A stretch of DNA of 64,000 nucleotides from Methanobacteriota archaeon (GTDB taxonomy: Archaea > Thermoplasmatota > Poseidoniia > Poseidoniales > Thalassarchaeaceae). Positions 55,901 to 64,000 of the stretch are shown piece after piece. The notes under the pieces were generated by a model. It saw only the letters and a list, made by a program, of their open reading frames with translations, ran no database searches and was not told the origin of the DNA. Both the position numbers and the translations under genes were made by a program. The stretch lies in the NCBI GenBank assembly GCA_019654055.1, contig BPDA01000001.1, forward strand, positions 87,455-151,454, given 5' to 3'. Positions within the stretch are counted from its first letter, which is position 1. Each line of letters begins with the position of its first letter.

Positions 55901-56134
55901 TGTGCAGGTCTCGCTGCGGGGCTTTTCGTAGCCATACCTGGGCTGCAGAACTTCTTCGTTCTGATGATGCTACTACTCATCTTGGCCCTGCTGACTAGCT
56001 CGATACTGCTGCCAGCCATGATAGTCGCCTACCACGAGTTCGGCCATAGAATCGCTCGCGGCGAGTCGTGGCTGGACTACGAGCAAAGCGGAGTCATCTC
56101 GTCCGAGGCGGTTCTAGACGCAGTCATCGAATAG
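52997..56134 (+). CDS. RND-superfamily / MMPL-type exporter (second paralogue)
   Basis: GLGVDYALHLTNRIEENR and GIGVDDSIHIVDRIKDEG motifs in two TM bundles, with very large external domains. Start moved to ATG 52997, outside the divergent gene. Confidence 0.75.
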   Translation: MSRCERFIWLPWRPHAVAPPDSEDKYSITDGVDRDDEAAFWGRFFDRLKPVKEVLDGARKGFAGSFVGEGLDTMAQLVDDAGDAADATARRTAELTYSSILRSPASIVVLLLLLTAVIGRDAMEFEHQINGDVEIYLPDGADSTILLQQVREQWSTDIFILYVQTDNAASGGEHGTENITSMEILKQMSWIEGDDQNRGIGGYQSGLDYNKEDRGSIDGVVWVLSPAQIIKEANSSTYRFNCAMEKYGLPISDGQNCAVAGLNPYYGYEIPDEQQRIDRLVEDAEPLLSNFVRDTNNDGIWDTGVIIMGLKFDMTETDITARPDPKGVTEENPGGILRDHKAFIIHSEQLIYEESNPSVCELCHRVYDNPTTTMDEFTSTSNRKAITITGLTPVVHDISDAIYLQLVDRMLPISIVLVCLAMLLLHRSPKVIVICGAPILMSLAITFGITVIADIMLTPMIISVGPILVGLGVDYALHLTNRIEENRVELIEERLEMAWSAQRDGFQTEDVDPWDPHISLTATVRAVMTTGHAIFLSALTTLVGFSVLRWPSLVPIEPMRTVGTTLLIGISTTFVLSMLMVPALVQLLRYRKTRSKSFDNLWQKVGEIPIKATVLVILVTIFFTAWGGYILKEELGKGITGASDEVPPGLESYETLREYSYVFDGGQTNMFIVDATQRGDQNGTAPIRDLPILDAIEIMQVNKIDQVANTTTVSLVTILKSIHVDVEIGDLEIYDRSLWELLHDECWDEATNPLRPDCWAYAATSREDMVNVAFDTLSPEVRSMLMNAEQGTGETKTLVYVNQPYLNLADASSLRDAIDGFLTGQGCESAWECQGLAVQQVFNSLLTGGLPVSIDVNDGVHEAQSETTVATMLILLIVMAFLFRSPRWAFFTMIAVGVVVVWQPLLMRSGGVNVNFFTAMVGTIVFGIGVDDSIHIVDRIKDEGETPAGIVKSVARTGQTIFETTTTTCAGLAAGLFVAIPGLQNFFVLMMLLLILALLTSSILLPAMIVAYHEFGHRIARGESWLDYEQSGVISSEAVLDAVIE

Positions 56135-56152
56135 CGCACGCTATGTCTAGGG

Positions 56153-56456
56153 TGGCGAGGGTGCAGGGAGTAAGCCCCTTTCTGTTCACCTTTCGGCTGG
56201 TTGCATTCAACTATGCGTCCTACCCGGTCCTGTCGATGCCTTGCGGACCTGCTTGGACTTGCTCCGGTGGGGTTGCTCGTTCCAGCCGCGTTCAGGAAAC
56301 CTCCCCCTTGCGGGTTCACAGTGCGCCTGGCGCGGTTCGTTTCTGTTGCAGAGCCGGCCCTCCCGGACCTCCGACTTGCGTCGGACCACCTGCATCGCGG
56401 AGAGGGGACTTTCCTCAGTGTCGTACACTGTCAGCGACCCTCCTGCTCCCTCACAC
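56153..56456 (-). ncRNA. rnpB: RNase P RNA (archaeal type A)
   Basis: The minus strand carries CR-I GAGGAAAGUCCCC, the block CAACCCCACCGGAGCAAGUCCAAGCAGG, and CR-V ACAGAAAGGGGCUUAC. The P4 halves AAGUCCCC/GGGGCUU are complementary. The terminal helix GAGGGAGCAGG (56452-56442) pairs with CCUGCACCCUC (56167-56157). Ends are approximate. Confidence 0.85.
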
Positions 56457-56533
56457 TCATGGACGCAGGGACCTCGCATGAACCCCTCGGTCGGCAAATG
56501 CCTGCGTTTGGACCATGTTCACGCTCGGAAACG

Positions 56534-57265
56534 ATGATGCGCGACACACTCCCAGCAGGTATCGTGGACGAGGTCGAGGCACTCAAGCGCGAGGCCGGAA
56601 TCGCTGCCTGTTCCTTCGTCAAAGGCGGCATGACGCTGGGACTCGGGACCGGCTCCACGGTCCGCTACACGGTGCTGGAGCTGGGGCGCATGATCGCCGA
56701 GGAAGACCTCGATGTGGTAGGAGTCTCGACAAGCGAGGCGACCAGAGAACTCGCCGAAGGCCTCGGAATCCCCCTACTGGAACTTGGGGATGCGGGACGA
56801 ATCGACCTGACGATAGACGGCGCGGACGAGTTCGACCCCGATTTCCAGCTAATCAAGGGCGGTGGCGGGGCCCTGACTCGGGAGAAGAGGGTGGCTGCCG
56901 CATCCGAGGCCATGGTCGTGGTGGCGGATGACCGCAAGCAGGTACCTGTCCTCGGTCGATTCCCCCTGCCTCTCGAAGTGGGGGCCGCCGACGTGAGTGC
57001 CGTCAGTGAGGAACTGTCCTCAATCTGCTCCGGGCAGGTGAGCCTGCGAGGGGGCAGGGACCCCTACGTGACCGACAACGGCGGCCACATCCTAGACTGC
57101 GAGTTCGGCCCTACAATCTCGGAACCGCTCGACCTCGAACACAGGATTCTCTCAGTCGAAGGTGTCGTCGAGGTGGGGCTGTTCGTCGACATGTGCGACG
57201 CGGTAGTGATGTCGACCCCGTCAGAAGTACTCACGATGGTGAAGCGAGGCGGAAGGCTGGGTTGA
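56534..57265 (+). CDS. rpiA: ribose-5-phosphate isomerase A
   Basis: GMTLGLGTGSTV, TIDGADEFD and LIKGGGGALTREK motifs. Start at MMRDTLPAG, because the longer track ORF runs through the RNase P RNA gene. Confidence 0.85.
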   Translation: MMRDTLPAGIVDEVEALKREAGIAACSFVKGGMTLGLGTGSTVRYTVLELGRMIAEEDLDVVGVSTSEATRELAEGLGIPLLELGDAGRIDLTIDGADEFDPDFQLIKGGGGALTREKRVAAASEAMVVVADDRKQVPVLGRFPLPLEVGAADVSAVSEELSSICSGQVSLRGGRDPYVTDNGGHILDCEFGPTISEPLDLEHRILSVEGVVEVGLFVDMCDAVVMSTPSEVLTMVKRGGRLG

Positions 57266-57311
57266 GAAGCCACTCCGTCGCGGTTATAGAGTGGCGTCAA
57301 TTCGCATCACT

Positions 57312-57388
57312 GGGTCTGTAGCTTAGTCAGGTAGAGCGACGGGCTCTTAACCCGTCGGCCGCGGGTTCGAATCCCGTCAGACCCGCCA
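57312..57388 (+). tRNA. tRNA-Lys (anticodon CTT), CCA encoded
   Basis: GGGTCTG-TA-GCTT..GAGC-G-ACGGG-CTCTTAA-CCCGT..GCGGG-TTCGAAT-CCCGT-CAGACCC-G-CCA. Confidence 0.9.
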
Positions 57389-57457
57389 TCCAAGACCCTC
57401 TCGGAATCGAGGTTTCTTAACCGATGAGCGTGCCAGTGCGCGGCAAGGGGTGAGCCA

Positions 57458-58786
57458 ATGGGCAAACAGCACTGGGTCGGCGAGGTGAGGGCCGGGAGCC
57501 ACGACGGGTCCGAGGTCGAGCTGAAGGGCTGGATTCACAGGTCACGTGGCTCGAACAAGATATGGTTCCTCGTGCTTCGAGATTCGACGGGTGTGGTGCA
57601 GTGCGTGGTTAAGCGTGAAGACGTCGGTGACGACGCGTTCGAGAGCCTCAGCACCGCGCTCATAGAGTCAAGTGCGATTATCCGCGGAACTGTCGAGACA
57701 ACTGACAGGGAGCACAGGCACGAGGTCCTTGTCAGCTCCGGTGAGATCGTAGGCCCAGTCAATCCCGAGCGCCCGTTCCCAATCACTGAGTCAGCCATGT
57801 CGGAGGCAGATGGGGGGCAGACCGAGTTCTTGCTCGACAATCGTCACCTGTACCTGCGCACCAGCCGGATGACCACCATGATGAAGTTGCGTTCCACCGT
57901 CTTCGGAGCGATACACTCCTACTTCAGGGACCGCGAGTTCATCGAGTACCAGGCCCCTAACTTCGTCGCCGGGGCCGTCGAGGGCGGCAGCACCCTGTTT
58001 GAAGTGCCTTACTTCGACCGCAAGGCGTACCTCACGCAATCATGGCAGCTCTACGCCGAGGCTGCCATGCCCGCGCTGGAGCGCCTGTACACCATGGCAC
58101 CCTCGTTCCGGGCCGAGAAGAGTCGTACCAGAAGGCATCTGACGGAGTTCTGGCACGCCGAGATGGAGGTGGCTTGGGCCAGCAACGCCGAAATCATGGA
58201 GTACGGCGAAGGAGTGGTCAGGCACATCTCCAAGACCCTGCTCGACGAGAGGTCGGACGAGCTGTCCGAGCTCGGCCGGGATCTGGACACTGTGGCATCG
58301 TACGCCGACAGCGAGTATCCACGCATGAGGTACGACGAGGCCATCGAAACTCTTCAGGACAAAGGGGTCGAGGTGGAGTGGGGTCAGGACCTTGACTACT
58401 CTAAGGAGAAGATACTGACTTCAGACTTTGAGGTGCCGCACTTCCTGACTCACTACCCTAGGGTGGCCAAGCCGTTCTACCACCGCCCCGACCCGGACGA
58501 CGCGAACTACGTGCTCTGCCACGACCTGCTCGCACCCGAGGGCTACGGAGAGATCATCGGAGGTGGCGAGCGCACCTGGTCCGAGTCCGAGATCCTCGAC
58601 AGGATAGATGAGGAGGGCACCCCTCGCGAGCCATACGAGTTCTACATCGACATCAGACGCTACGGTGGCGTGCCTCACGGCGGCTTCGGACTCGGTGTCG
58701 ACAGGGTCTGCGCATGGCTGTCAGGTGCAGACCACATCCGCGAGGTCATTCCGTTCCCGAGAGACAGCAGAAGGGTCACGCCGTAG
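57458..58786 (+). CDS. asnS: class IIb aminoacyl-tRNA synthetase, most likely asparagine--tRNA ligase (AspRS not excluded)
   Basis: OB-fold N-terminus (VELKGWIHRSRGSNKIWFLVLRD). Motif 2 FRAEKSRTRRHLTEFWHAEME, LLAPEGYGEIIGGGER and RRYGGVPHGGFGLGVDR resemble AsnRS more than archaeal AspRS. Confidence 0.65.
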   Translation: MGKQHWVGEVRAGSHDGSEVELKGWIHRSRGSNKIWFLVLRDSTGVVQCVVKREDVGDDAFESLSTALIESSAIIRGTVETTDREHRHEVLVSSGEIVGPVNPERPFPITESAMSEADGGQTEFLLDNRHLYLRTSRMTTMMKLRSTVFGAIHSYFRDREFIEYQAPNFVAGAVEGGSTLFEVPYFDRKAYLTQSWQLYAEAAMPALERLYTMAPSFRAEKSRTRRHLTEFWHAEMEVAWASNAEIMEYGEGVVRHISKTLLDERSDELSELGRDLDTVASYADSEYPRMRYDEAIETLQDKGVEVEWGQDLDYSKEKILTSDFEVPHFLTHYPRVAKPFYHRPDPDDANYVLCHDLLAPEGYGEIIGGGERTWSESEILDRIDEEGTPREPYEFYIDIRRYGGVPHGGFGLGVDRVCAWLSGADHIREVIPFPRDSRRVTP

Positions 58787-58834
58787 GCGTGCCCCGGCGA
58801 ATCACTCATACGAAGGCGACGCCCAGCCCGTGCC

Positions 58835-60049
58835 ATGGCAGAGGGCTGGCGTGACCTCGACCTCGCAAATCCGACCGAGGAGCATGCGATGCTGCGTGAC
58901 ATGGTCCGCAGCTTCGTCAGCGACGAGGTCGAGCCCCAGGCGCTCGAGCACGATCGCGATGAGAGATTCAACACCGAGTTGTTCCGTAGGCTCGGCGAGC
59001 AGGGCATCCTCGGGATATCAGTCCCGCCCCAGTATGGTGGAGGGGGGATGGATGCCACGGCCGTGGCCATCATCAACGAGGAAATTTCCTATTCCGACCC
59101 CGGGCTATGCCTGGCATACCTCGCTCATGACCAACTCATCGCCAACAACCTCGCTCACAACGGTAGCGACGATCAGAAACAACGGATACTACCCAAGCTG
59201 TGCAGCGGCGAGTGGATCGGCTGCATGGCGATGAGCGAGCCTGGATATGGTACTGACGTATTGGGCATGCAGACCAGCGCGGAGCAGCGCGAGGATGGCT
59301 CGTGGGTCATCAACGGCCGGAAGATGTGGATCACCAACGGAACCATCGATGAAGAGGGCACGCCGGCCGACGTGGTTTGGCTTTACGCCCGCACCGGCAC
59401 TGACACCAAGGGACGGGCCGAGGTCACTACCTTCATCGTCGAGAGAGGAATGCCCGGGTACTCGGTGGGCCAGAAGATCGATGACAAGCTGGGGGTGAGG
59501 GCCAGCAACACCGCCGAGCTGGTGTTCGACGACTGCGTGGTCCCGGCCGACAACGTCGTGGGCAAGCCTGGCGAGTCGATGATTCACATGATGAGAAACC
59601 TCGAGCTCGAGAGGCTCGGCCTCGCAGCGATGGGTGTGGGGATAGCGAGGCGATGCCTGTCTGCGATGAACAGGTACGCCAGCGAGAGGGAGGCTTTCGG
59701 CAAGCAAATCCGCGAGTTCGGCCAAATCCAGCGCCACATAGGCGAGTCATGGGCCGAATACAGGGCGATGCGAGCCTACGTCTACGAGACCGCCCGCAGG
59801 ATCGACCTGTCCAAGGCAGGCAACAGGCTGGACTCTGACGGGGTCAAGTTGTTCGGAACATCAGCGGCCAAGAACATCGCAGACAGGGCCATCCAAGTGA
59901 TGGGCGGCTACGGCTACGTCGGCGAGTACACGGTGGAGAGGCTGTGGAGGGACGCCAAGCTTCTGGAGATTGGCGGCGGCACCCTCGAGGGCCACCAGAA
60001 GAACATCACCAGGGACCTAGCTGAAGACTCTAGCGCGATTGACGACTAG
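58835..60049 (+). CDS. acyl-CoA dehydrogenase
   Basis: GCMAMSEPGYGTDV, WITNG, and the C-terminal QVMGGYGYVGEYTVERLWRDAKLLEIGGGT with the catalytic Glu region. Confidence 0.85.
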   Translation: MAEGWRDLDLANPTEEHAMLRDMVRSFVSDEVEPQALEHDRDERFNTELFRRLGEQGILGISVPPQYGGGGMDATAVAIINEEISYSDPGLCLAYLAHDQLIANNLAHNGSDDQKQRILPKLCSGEWIGCMAMSEPGYGTDVLGMQTSAEQREDGSWVINGRKMWITNGTIDEEGTPADVVWLYARTGTDTKGRAEVTTFIVERGMPGYSVGQKIDDKLGVRASNTAELVFDDCVVPADNVVGKPGESMIHMMRNLELERLGLAAMGVGIARRCLSAMNRYASEREAFGKQIREFGQIQRHIGESWAEYRAMRAYVYETARRIDLSKAGNRLDSDGVKLFGTSAAKNIADRAIQVMGGYGYVGEYTVERLWRDAKLLEIGGGTLEGHQKNITRDLAEDSSAIDD

Positions 60050-60125
60050 TGGTAGTCCCGGGAGGATTCGAACCTCCGTCACCGGGACCAAAACCCGGTA
60101 TGATGGACCACTACACCACGGGACT
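60050..60125 (-). tRNA. tRNA-Gln (anticodon TTG), CCA encoded, A1-U72
   Basis: Reverse complement AGTCCCG-TG-GTGTAGTGGTCCATCAT-A-CCGGG-TTTTGGT-CCCGG..GGAGG-TTCGAAT-CCTCC-CGGGACT-A-CCA. Its 3' end abuts the ACAD stop codon. Confidence 0.9.
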
Positions 60126-60211
60126 CCGAGCCGATGCTGACGAACCCCTGCTATTGATTTGACGGGACATCCAGCCGACACTATCAAAGGTTCTCGGAGT
60201 GCCCTTCAAGC

Positions 60212-63200
60212 ATGCGTCAGCGTACAGCGTCCGCCCTGATGTTGCTGTTGCTGTTGTCATCACTCTCGGTCGGCATGGCCTCAGCTGACTTCTCACAAGT
60301 CCGTATTCCCAGCATCGTAGATGCTGATGATGCTGGCAACAGCGAGTATAGTCAAGACTTCCAGAGCAGTTCTCCATGGGTCGAATCGAGTCTATGGGAA
60401 CGAGTTGATTCCGGCGCAGACCAAGTCAGAGTGACGGCCATTACTCGCTCTTTGGGCACGCTCAATCAGTGGCAGCACGACAACGGCGCAATAGAGGGGC
60501 AAAAGCCGGCCAAGGGCGGAGAGTCCCTGGTTGCCATCGACCCAATCGACGGACAGGTCGACCACAGGACTTTCTGGATGGATGCTGGCATCTTCCACAA
60601 GTTGACAGGAATCCCCGGTATCATCGCCATATTGGACGCCGAGAAGGCACCCGAACCATATGACACGATGCCTTTCGAATCCCCTCCTGGATTCGAGCCC
60701 GAGTCGGTGCGCAGCGGTGAGATACATGGCGCCAACGACGCCTGGGAGAGGGGCTACGCAGGGGAGGGTATGATAGTGGCCATAGCGGATACGGGGGTGG
60801 ACTTCGGGCATCCCGACCTGAATGGCACCCAAGCGAGAGTGACCGACCCTAAGTCGCCGTACGAAGGCTGGCCGCTGATGTTCGACCACAATAGCATGTA
60901 CTACTGGCTGGTTTACGGCGATGCCTATCCCTCGAGGGGTACCTGGTACGCCGACACCTCGCAGACCGACTACGACAACAACACCGACGGACTGCTCGAC
61001 GAGTCCGGATACAACATCACCGGCGTCAACGCCTCGCTTTCCGGTGCCTACCACCTTGGTGAGCACCCCGATTGGAGACTGATCGACAAGGCGGGTGGCG
61101 ACGTCCCGATACTGGTGGTCGACGACAGGGTCTCGGGGCTCTACGAGACAGTATATCCTGACATCAACCGTGACGACGACTTCTCTAACGACGTGCCGAT
61201 GCGACCAGGAGAGGAGACGGCTGGCCTCGACACCGACGGCGACGGTCTCTGGGATATCTCTGGAGGCCTTGTGTACTGGGTTGCCGACGGGACCAACGGG
61301 GTGCCGTACACCGACACCTACGCGGCACGCCATGGCTATGCCAACCGGATACCCGGAGCGGGCAACCTGACTCTGTTCATGATAGAGTCCGGCAGCCACG
61401 GGACGCTGTGCGCCAGTGCGGTGGCCGCTCAGGGGATCGTCAGCGACGGCAAGGTCCTCGGGATGGCGCCCAACGCCACGATATCGTCGATTGGCAACCA
61501 CTACTCCGGAGGGCATGCCCTCGACGGCTGGCGCTTCATCGCCGAGGGCTACGACGGCATCACAATCACTCAGGGCGACCAGCCTCACATCGGTTCGTTC
61601 TCGTTCGGCTACTCGTCGATTGACGAGGCCGGCGCCGACGGCTACTCTCTCTACCTCGACTGGCTCACACGCGTCTACAATGACAACGCATCATACTCCG
61701 TCGCGATAGGTAACGGTGGGCACGGCTTCGGCACCGCGAAGGTTCCCGGAGCCGCTCACGGCATCTTCTCAGTAGGTGCGTTCAGCAGCCGCTCCAGCGA
61801 TTCATGGGGCCAGAACGCCCCATGGTCCAACCGCGGCCCCAACGTGGTAGGCAGGATGGACCCGGACATTGTCTCAGTGGGGTGGTCAGCCACTGGCGAC
61901 ATCCCACTGAACCAGAGGAGCAACGCGAACTCCGCGTGGGGCACATGGGGTGGGACCAGTCTAGCGACTCCGATAGCCGCTGGTCTGATGGCCCTCGTTG
62001 CACAGGCCTGGCAGCACAACCTCGGATACCATCCCGGCTCACAGGAGTTCAGGGACTTCGTACTCTCGACCTCGGATGACAGGGGGTACGAACCGTTCGT
62101 CCAAGGCGGTGGCTGGTTCAACGCGTCAAGGGCGACGGCGACCCTCGACGGTGCCAACGGCACTTGGTGGGCAAGTCCAGCACAGTGGAATAGCGGTACC
62201 TTCCAAGGTAGCCACAGGGACGCCAACATCAACCTGATGCGTCCCGGGCAGACCCAGGACGTAGCTCTCGGGTTCGAAAACTACGGAGATACGGACGTCA
62301 TGCTGAGGTTCACCCCCACAGCGTTCGAACCTCTGGAGCACACAGTGCTGGTGTGGGAGAGCCTAGGCAACGGCAGCGAGGGCGGAGCCAACGACACCTG
62401 GGACGGCCACCAAGGCGATCGGCCGGACCTACTAATCCCACTGCACATCTCTAACGGCACCGAATACAGGCTACCGGTCGACACCTTGCAACTGAGGGCG
62501 AGGGCGACCATCGAGTACTCGGCTTTCGACGGGAACCAGGACAGAAGCTCCGAGGAGCGTGTATTCCTGCAGGTATACCGATGGAGCGACGACGACGAAG
62601 ACGGTATCTACGTTGAGGACTTCGACAACGATTCGATGGTGGACTCCGACGACTGGACCGAATCGGGAGAGCTCGACGAGGTGACCTACTGGTGGAGCAA
62701 CGGACCAAATGCCGAGGTCAGGGTCGGGCTACCCTTCGAGGATGCCAGGGACGGCCTCTTCCTCGGAATCTGGAACCACAACGGGCACCTCTCAGACGAC
62801 CCAGTCAGGATTGAGGTGGACTGGACCGCCTTCGGCAGCACTGGCGACGATTGGATAACTCTGCCATCCACCACCGTGATTCCCGCGAACGATTCAGCCT
62901 CTACCCAGATGACGGTATCCGTACCCACTGATGCACAGTCAGGCCTGCACCAGCACGGCGTGCTCATCGAGTCGTTCGAGCTCGACCAAGACGGGAACCT
63001 GACCACGACGGTTCCGCAGAGGAACTGGACACTCCCGGTCGTCACCAACGTCCCCTGGAACGGTCCCTTCTCCCTCGATGCTAGGCCACTAGACGGCAAC
63101 GTATCGAACCAGACCCTGTACGACGAGGCCTGGATCAGCGGGGCCACTAGGTGGAACTGGAGGGCAGAGAGCGGCGACTGGCGCTTCCTCTCTGTCGAGT

Positions 63201-64000
63201 GGCCCGAGGAGTGGGACACTGGAGGCACGGCCATACTCGACGTCGACTGGGACGACAACCCCTACACCGATGTCGACGTGCTCTGGCTCTCCGAGATGCC
63301 ACACGGGTACTCTGAGGACGACCCGGGGGCATACGGCGACTCGACGTTCTTCATCGAGTCGCGCTCCACCAACAACCACGCGGGCAGCGGCTCGCACAAT
63401 TGGGGTACTTACACTGGAACCTCACGGGAGATGTTCGCGGTCCCGGCCGAGCAGGGGGTCCACCAGATGGTGCTCCACACCGCTCTGCACGGAGTTCCTA
63501 CCAACGACAACGCACTCAACATCTCCGTGGGCTACATCGCTGCCGAGGAGTCCGGCTTCGAGCGTGTGGTCACGGATTGGGCCGAGGGCAGCGGGGTGGA
63601 TGCGGTCCACGTGGTGTCCACCGTGCCACTGAGCGTCGACTCCGTGTCGGCCTTCGGATGGAGCCAACCAGCACACTTCGACAACGAGACCGCCTTCCAA
63701 GACGTCTCCAGCGACAAGATGACGGCCTCATGGTGGCACAACATGACAGTGGAGAACTCCACTGAGTTCAACATCAAGATGAACGCCCACGATGACGCGG
63801 ATCTAGACCTGTTCCTGTTCCGTGACTCGAACGGCGATGGCTCCTTCTCTTCAGGAGAGGAGATCGCGCGCTCGTGGTCCGGCTCCTCGGCCGAGTCGAT
63901 TCGCATAACTGACCCCGAGGACGGCTACTACTCCGTCGCAGTGCACGGCTACTCGGTGCCTAGCGGAACGGTCCAGTTCTGGATCGACATCGAGGTCGTG
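60212..64000 (+). CDS. very large secreted subtilase (peptidase S8) with about 200-aa insert between catalytic Asp and His (TPPII-like); 3' end runs off the window
   Basis: Frame 2 is open from ATG 60212 to base 64000 (1263 codons) and is absent from the ORF track because no stop is reached. Signal peptide MRQRTASALMLLLLLSSLSVGMASA. Catalytic motifs VAIADTGVDFGHPDL (D193), SGSHGTLCASAVAA (H396) and GGTSLATPIAAGLMALV (S583). Confidence 0.85.
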   Translation, partial: MRQRTASALMLLLLLSSLSVGMASADFSQVRIPSIVDADDAGNSEYSQDFQSSSPWVESSLWERVDSGADQVRVTAITRSLGTLNQWQHDNGAIEGQKPAKGGESLVAIDPIDGQVDHRTFWMDAGIFHKLTGIPGIIAILDAEKAPEPYDTMPFESPPGFEPESVRSGEIHGANDAWERGYAGEGMIVAIADTGVDFGHPDLNGTQARVTDPKSPYEGWPLMFDHNSMYYWLVYGDAYPSRGTWYADTSQTDYDNNTDGLLDESGYNITGVNASLSGAYHLGEHPDWRLIDKAGGDVPILVVDDRVSGLYETVYPDINRDDDFSNDVPMRPGEETAGLDTDGDGLWDISGGLVYWVADGTNGVPYTDTYAARHGYANRIPGAGNLTLFMIESGSHGTLCASAVAAQGIVSDGKVLGMAPNATISSIGNHYSGGHALDGWRFIAEGYDGITITQGDQPHIGSFSFGYSSIDEAGADGYSLYLDWLTRVYNDNASYSVAIGNGGHGFGTAKVPGAAHGIFSVGAFSSRSSDSWGQNAPWSNRGPNVVGRMDPDIVSVGWSATGDIPLNQRSNANSAWGTWGGTSLATPIAAGLMALVAQAWQHNLGYHPGSQEFRDFVLSTSDDRGYEPFVQGGGWFNASRATATLDGANGTWWASPAQWNSGTFQGSHRDANINLMRPGQTQDVALGFENYGDTDVMLRFTPTAFEPLEHTVLVWESLGNGSEGGANDTWDGHQGDRPDLLIPLHISNGTEYRLPVDTLQLRARATIEYSAFDGNQDRSSEERVFLQVYRWSDDDEDGIYVEDFDNDSMVDSDDWTESGELDEVTYWWSNGPNAEVRVGLPFEDARDGLFLGIWNHNGHLSDDPVRIEVDWTAFGSTGDDWITLPSTTVIPANDSASTQMTVSVPTDAQSGLHQHGVLIESFELDQDGNLTTTVPQRNWTLPVVTNVPWNGPFSLDARPLDGNVSNQTLYDEAWISGATRWNWRAESGDWRFLSVEWPEEWDTGGTAILDVDWDDNPYTDVDVLWLSEMPHGYSEDDPGAYGDSTFFIESRSTNNHAGSGSHNWGTYTGTSREMFAVPAEQGVHQMVLHTALHGVPTNDNALNISVGYIAAEESGFERVVTDWAEGSGVDAVHVVSTVPLSVDSVSAFGWSQPAHFDNETAFQDVSSDKMTASWWHNMTVENSTEFNIKMNAHDDADLDLFLFRDSNGDGSFSSGEEIARSWSGSSAESIRITDPEDGYYSVAVHGYSVPSGTVQFWIDIEVV

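Noticed and set aside
56201-57265. 354-aa ORF extending rpiA upstream
   Set aside because: The extra 111 codons run across the RNase P RNA gene and look non-protein-like. The RpiA homology starts at MMRDTLPAG (56534).
60392-61588. 398-aa minus-strand ORF and other ORFs listed between 60.4 and 63.9 kb
   Set aside because: They are antisense or off-frame shadows of the open-ended S8 peptidase gene in + frame 2. Their composition (Arg/Val/Gly-rich, no motifs) is typical of GC-rich shadow ORFs.

Overview
Archaeal (euryarchaeote-type) chromosomal segment of about 60% GC with an acidic proteome. The archaeal assignment rests on rpoE'-spt4-S24e-S27ae, RpoL, aEF-1beta with its Zn-ribbon partner, Cbf5, TruD, RtcB plus archease, archaeal-type AlaRS, DtdA, DGGGP synthase, a DUF106 insertase and a type-A RNase P RNA. 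Two subtilases, proline and acyl-CoA dehydrogenases and very large surface proteins suggest a marine heterotrophic planktonic archaeon (Marine Group II/III-like); this is inference only. I call about 55 protein genes, 6 intron-less tRNAs (all with encoded CCA) and one RNase P RNA. I see no rRNA, CRISPR array, transposase, integrase or recognisable defence genes, and I found no clearly novel multi-gene system. Main observations: (1) A 3.1-kb thrombospondin-type-3-repeat surface-protein gene is broken by about nine frameshifts. Six or seven further single-base frameshifts, mostly at homopolymers, split conserved genes (rtcB, cbf5, a CARDB surface protein, an epimerase, others). These may be assembly errors or real decay. 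(2) A sharply bounded ~0.8-kb low-GC patch covers exactly the first half of a duplicated-module gene. (3) Several features are invisible to the ORF track: RNase P RNA, a >1260-aa S8 peptidase ORF running off the 3' window edge, S27ae, and a COG2888 Zn-ribbon gene. (4) The secreted/surface proteome is dense, including a 2246-aa protein, and sits with a VKOR/thioredoxin-like pair. (5) Zn-ribbon tails are fused to unrelated proteins, including the DUF106 (YidC/EMC3-like) insertase. (6) The GMP reductase looks bacterial-type. All homology calls are from reading motifs by eye; no database search was possible.
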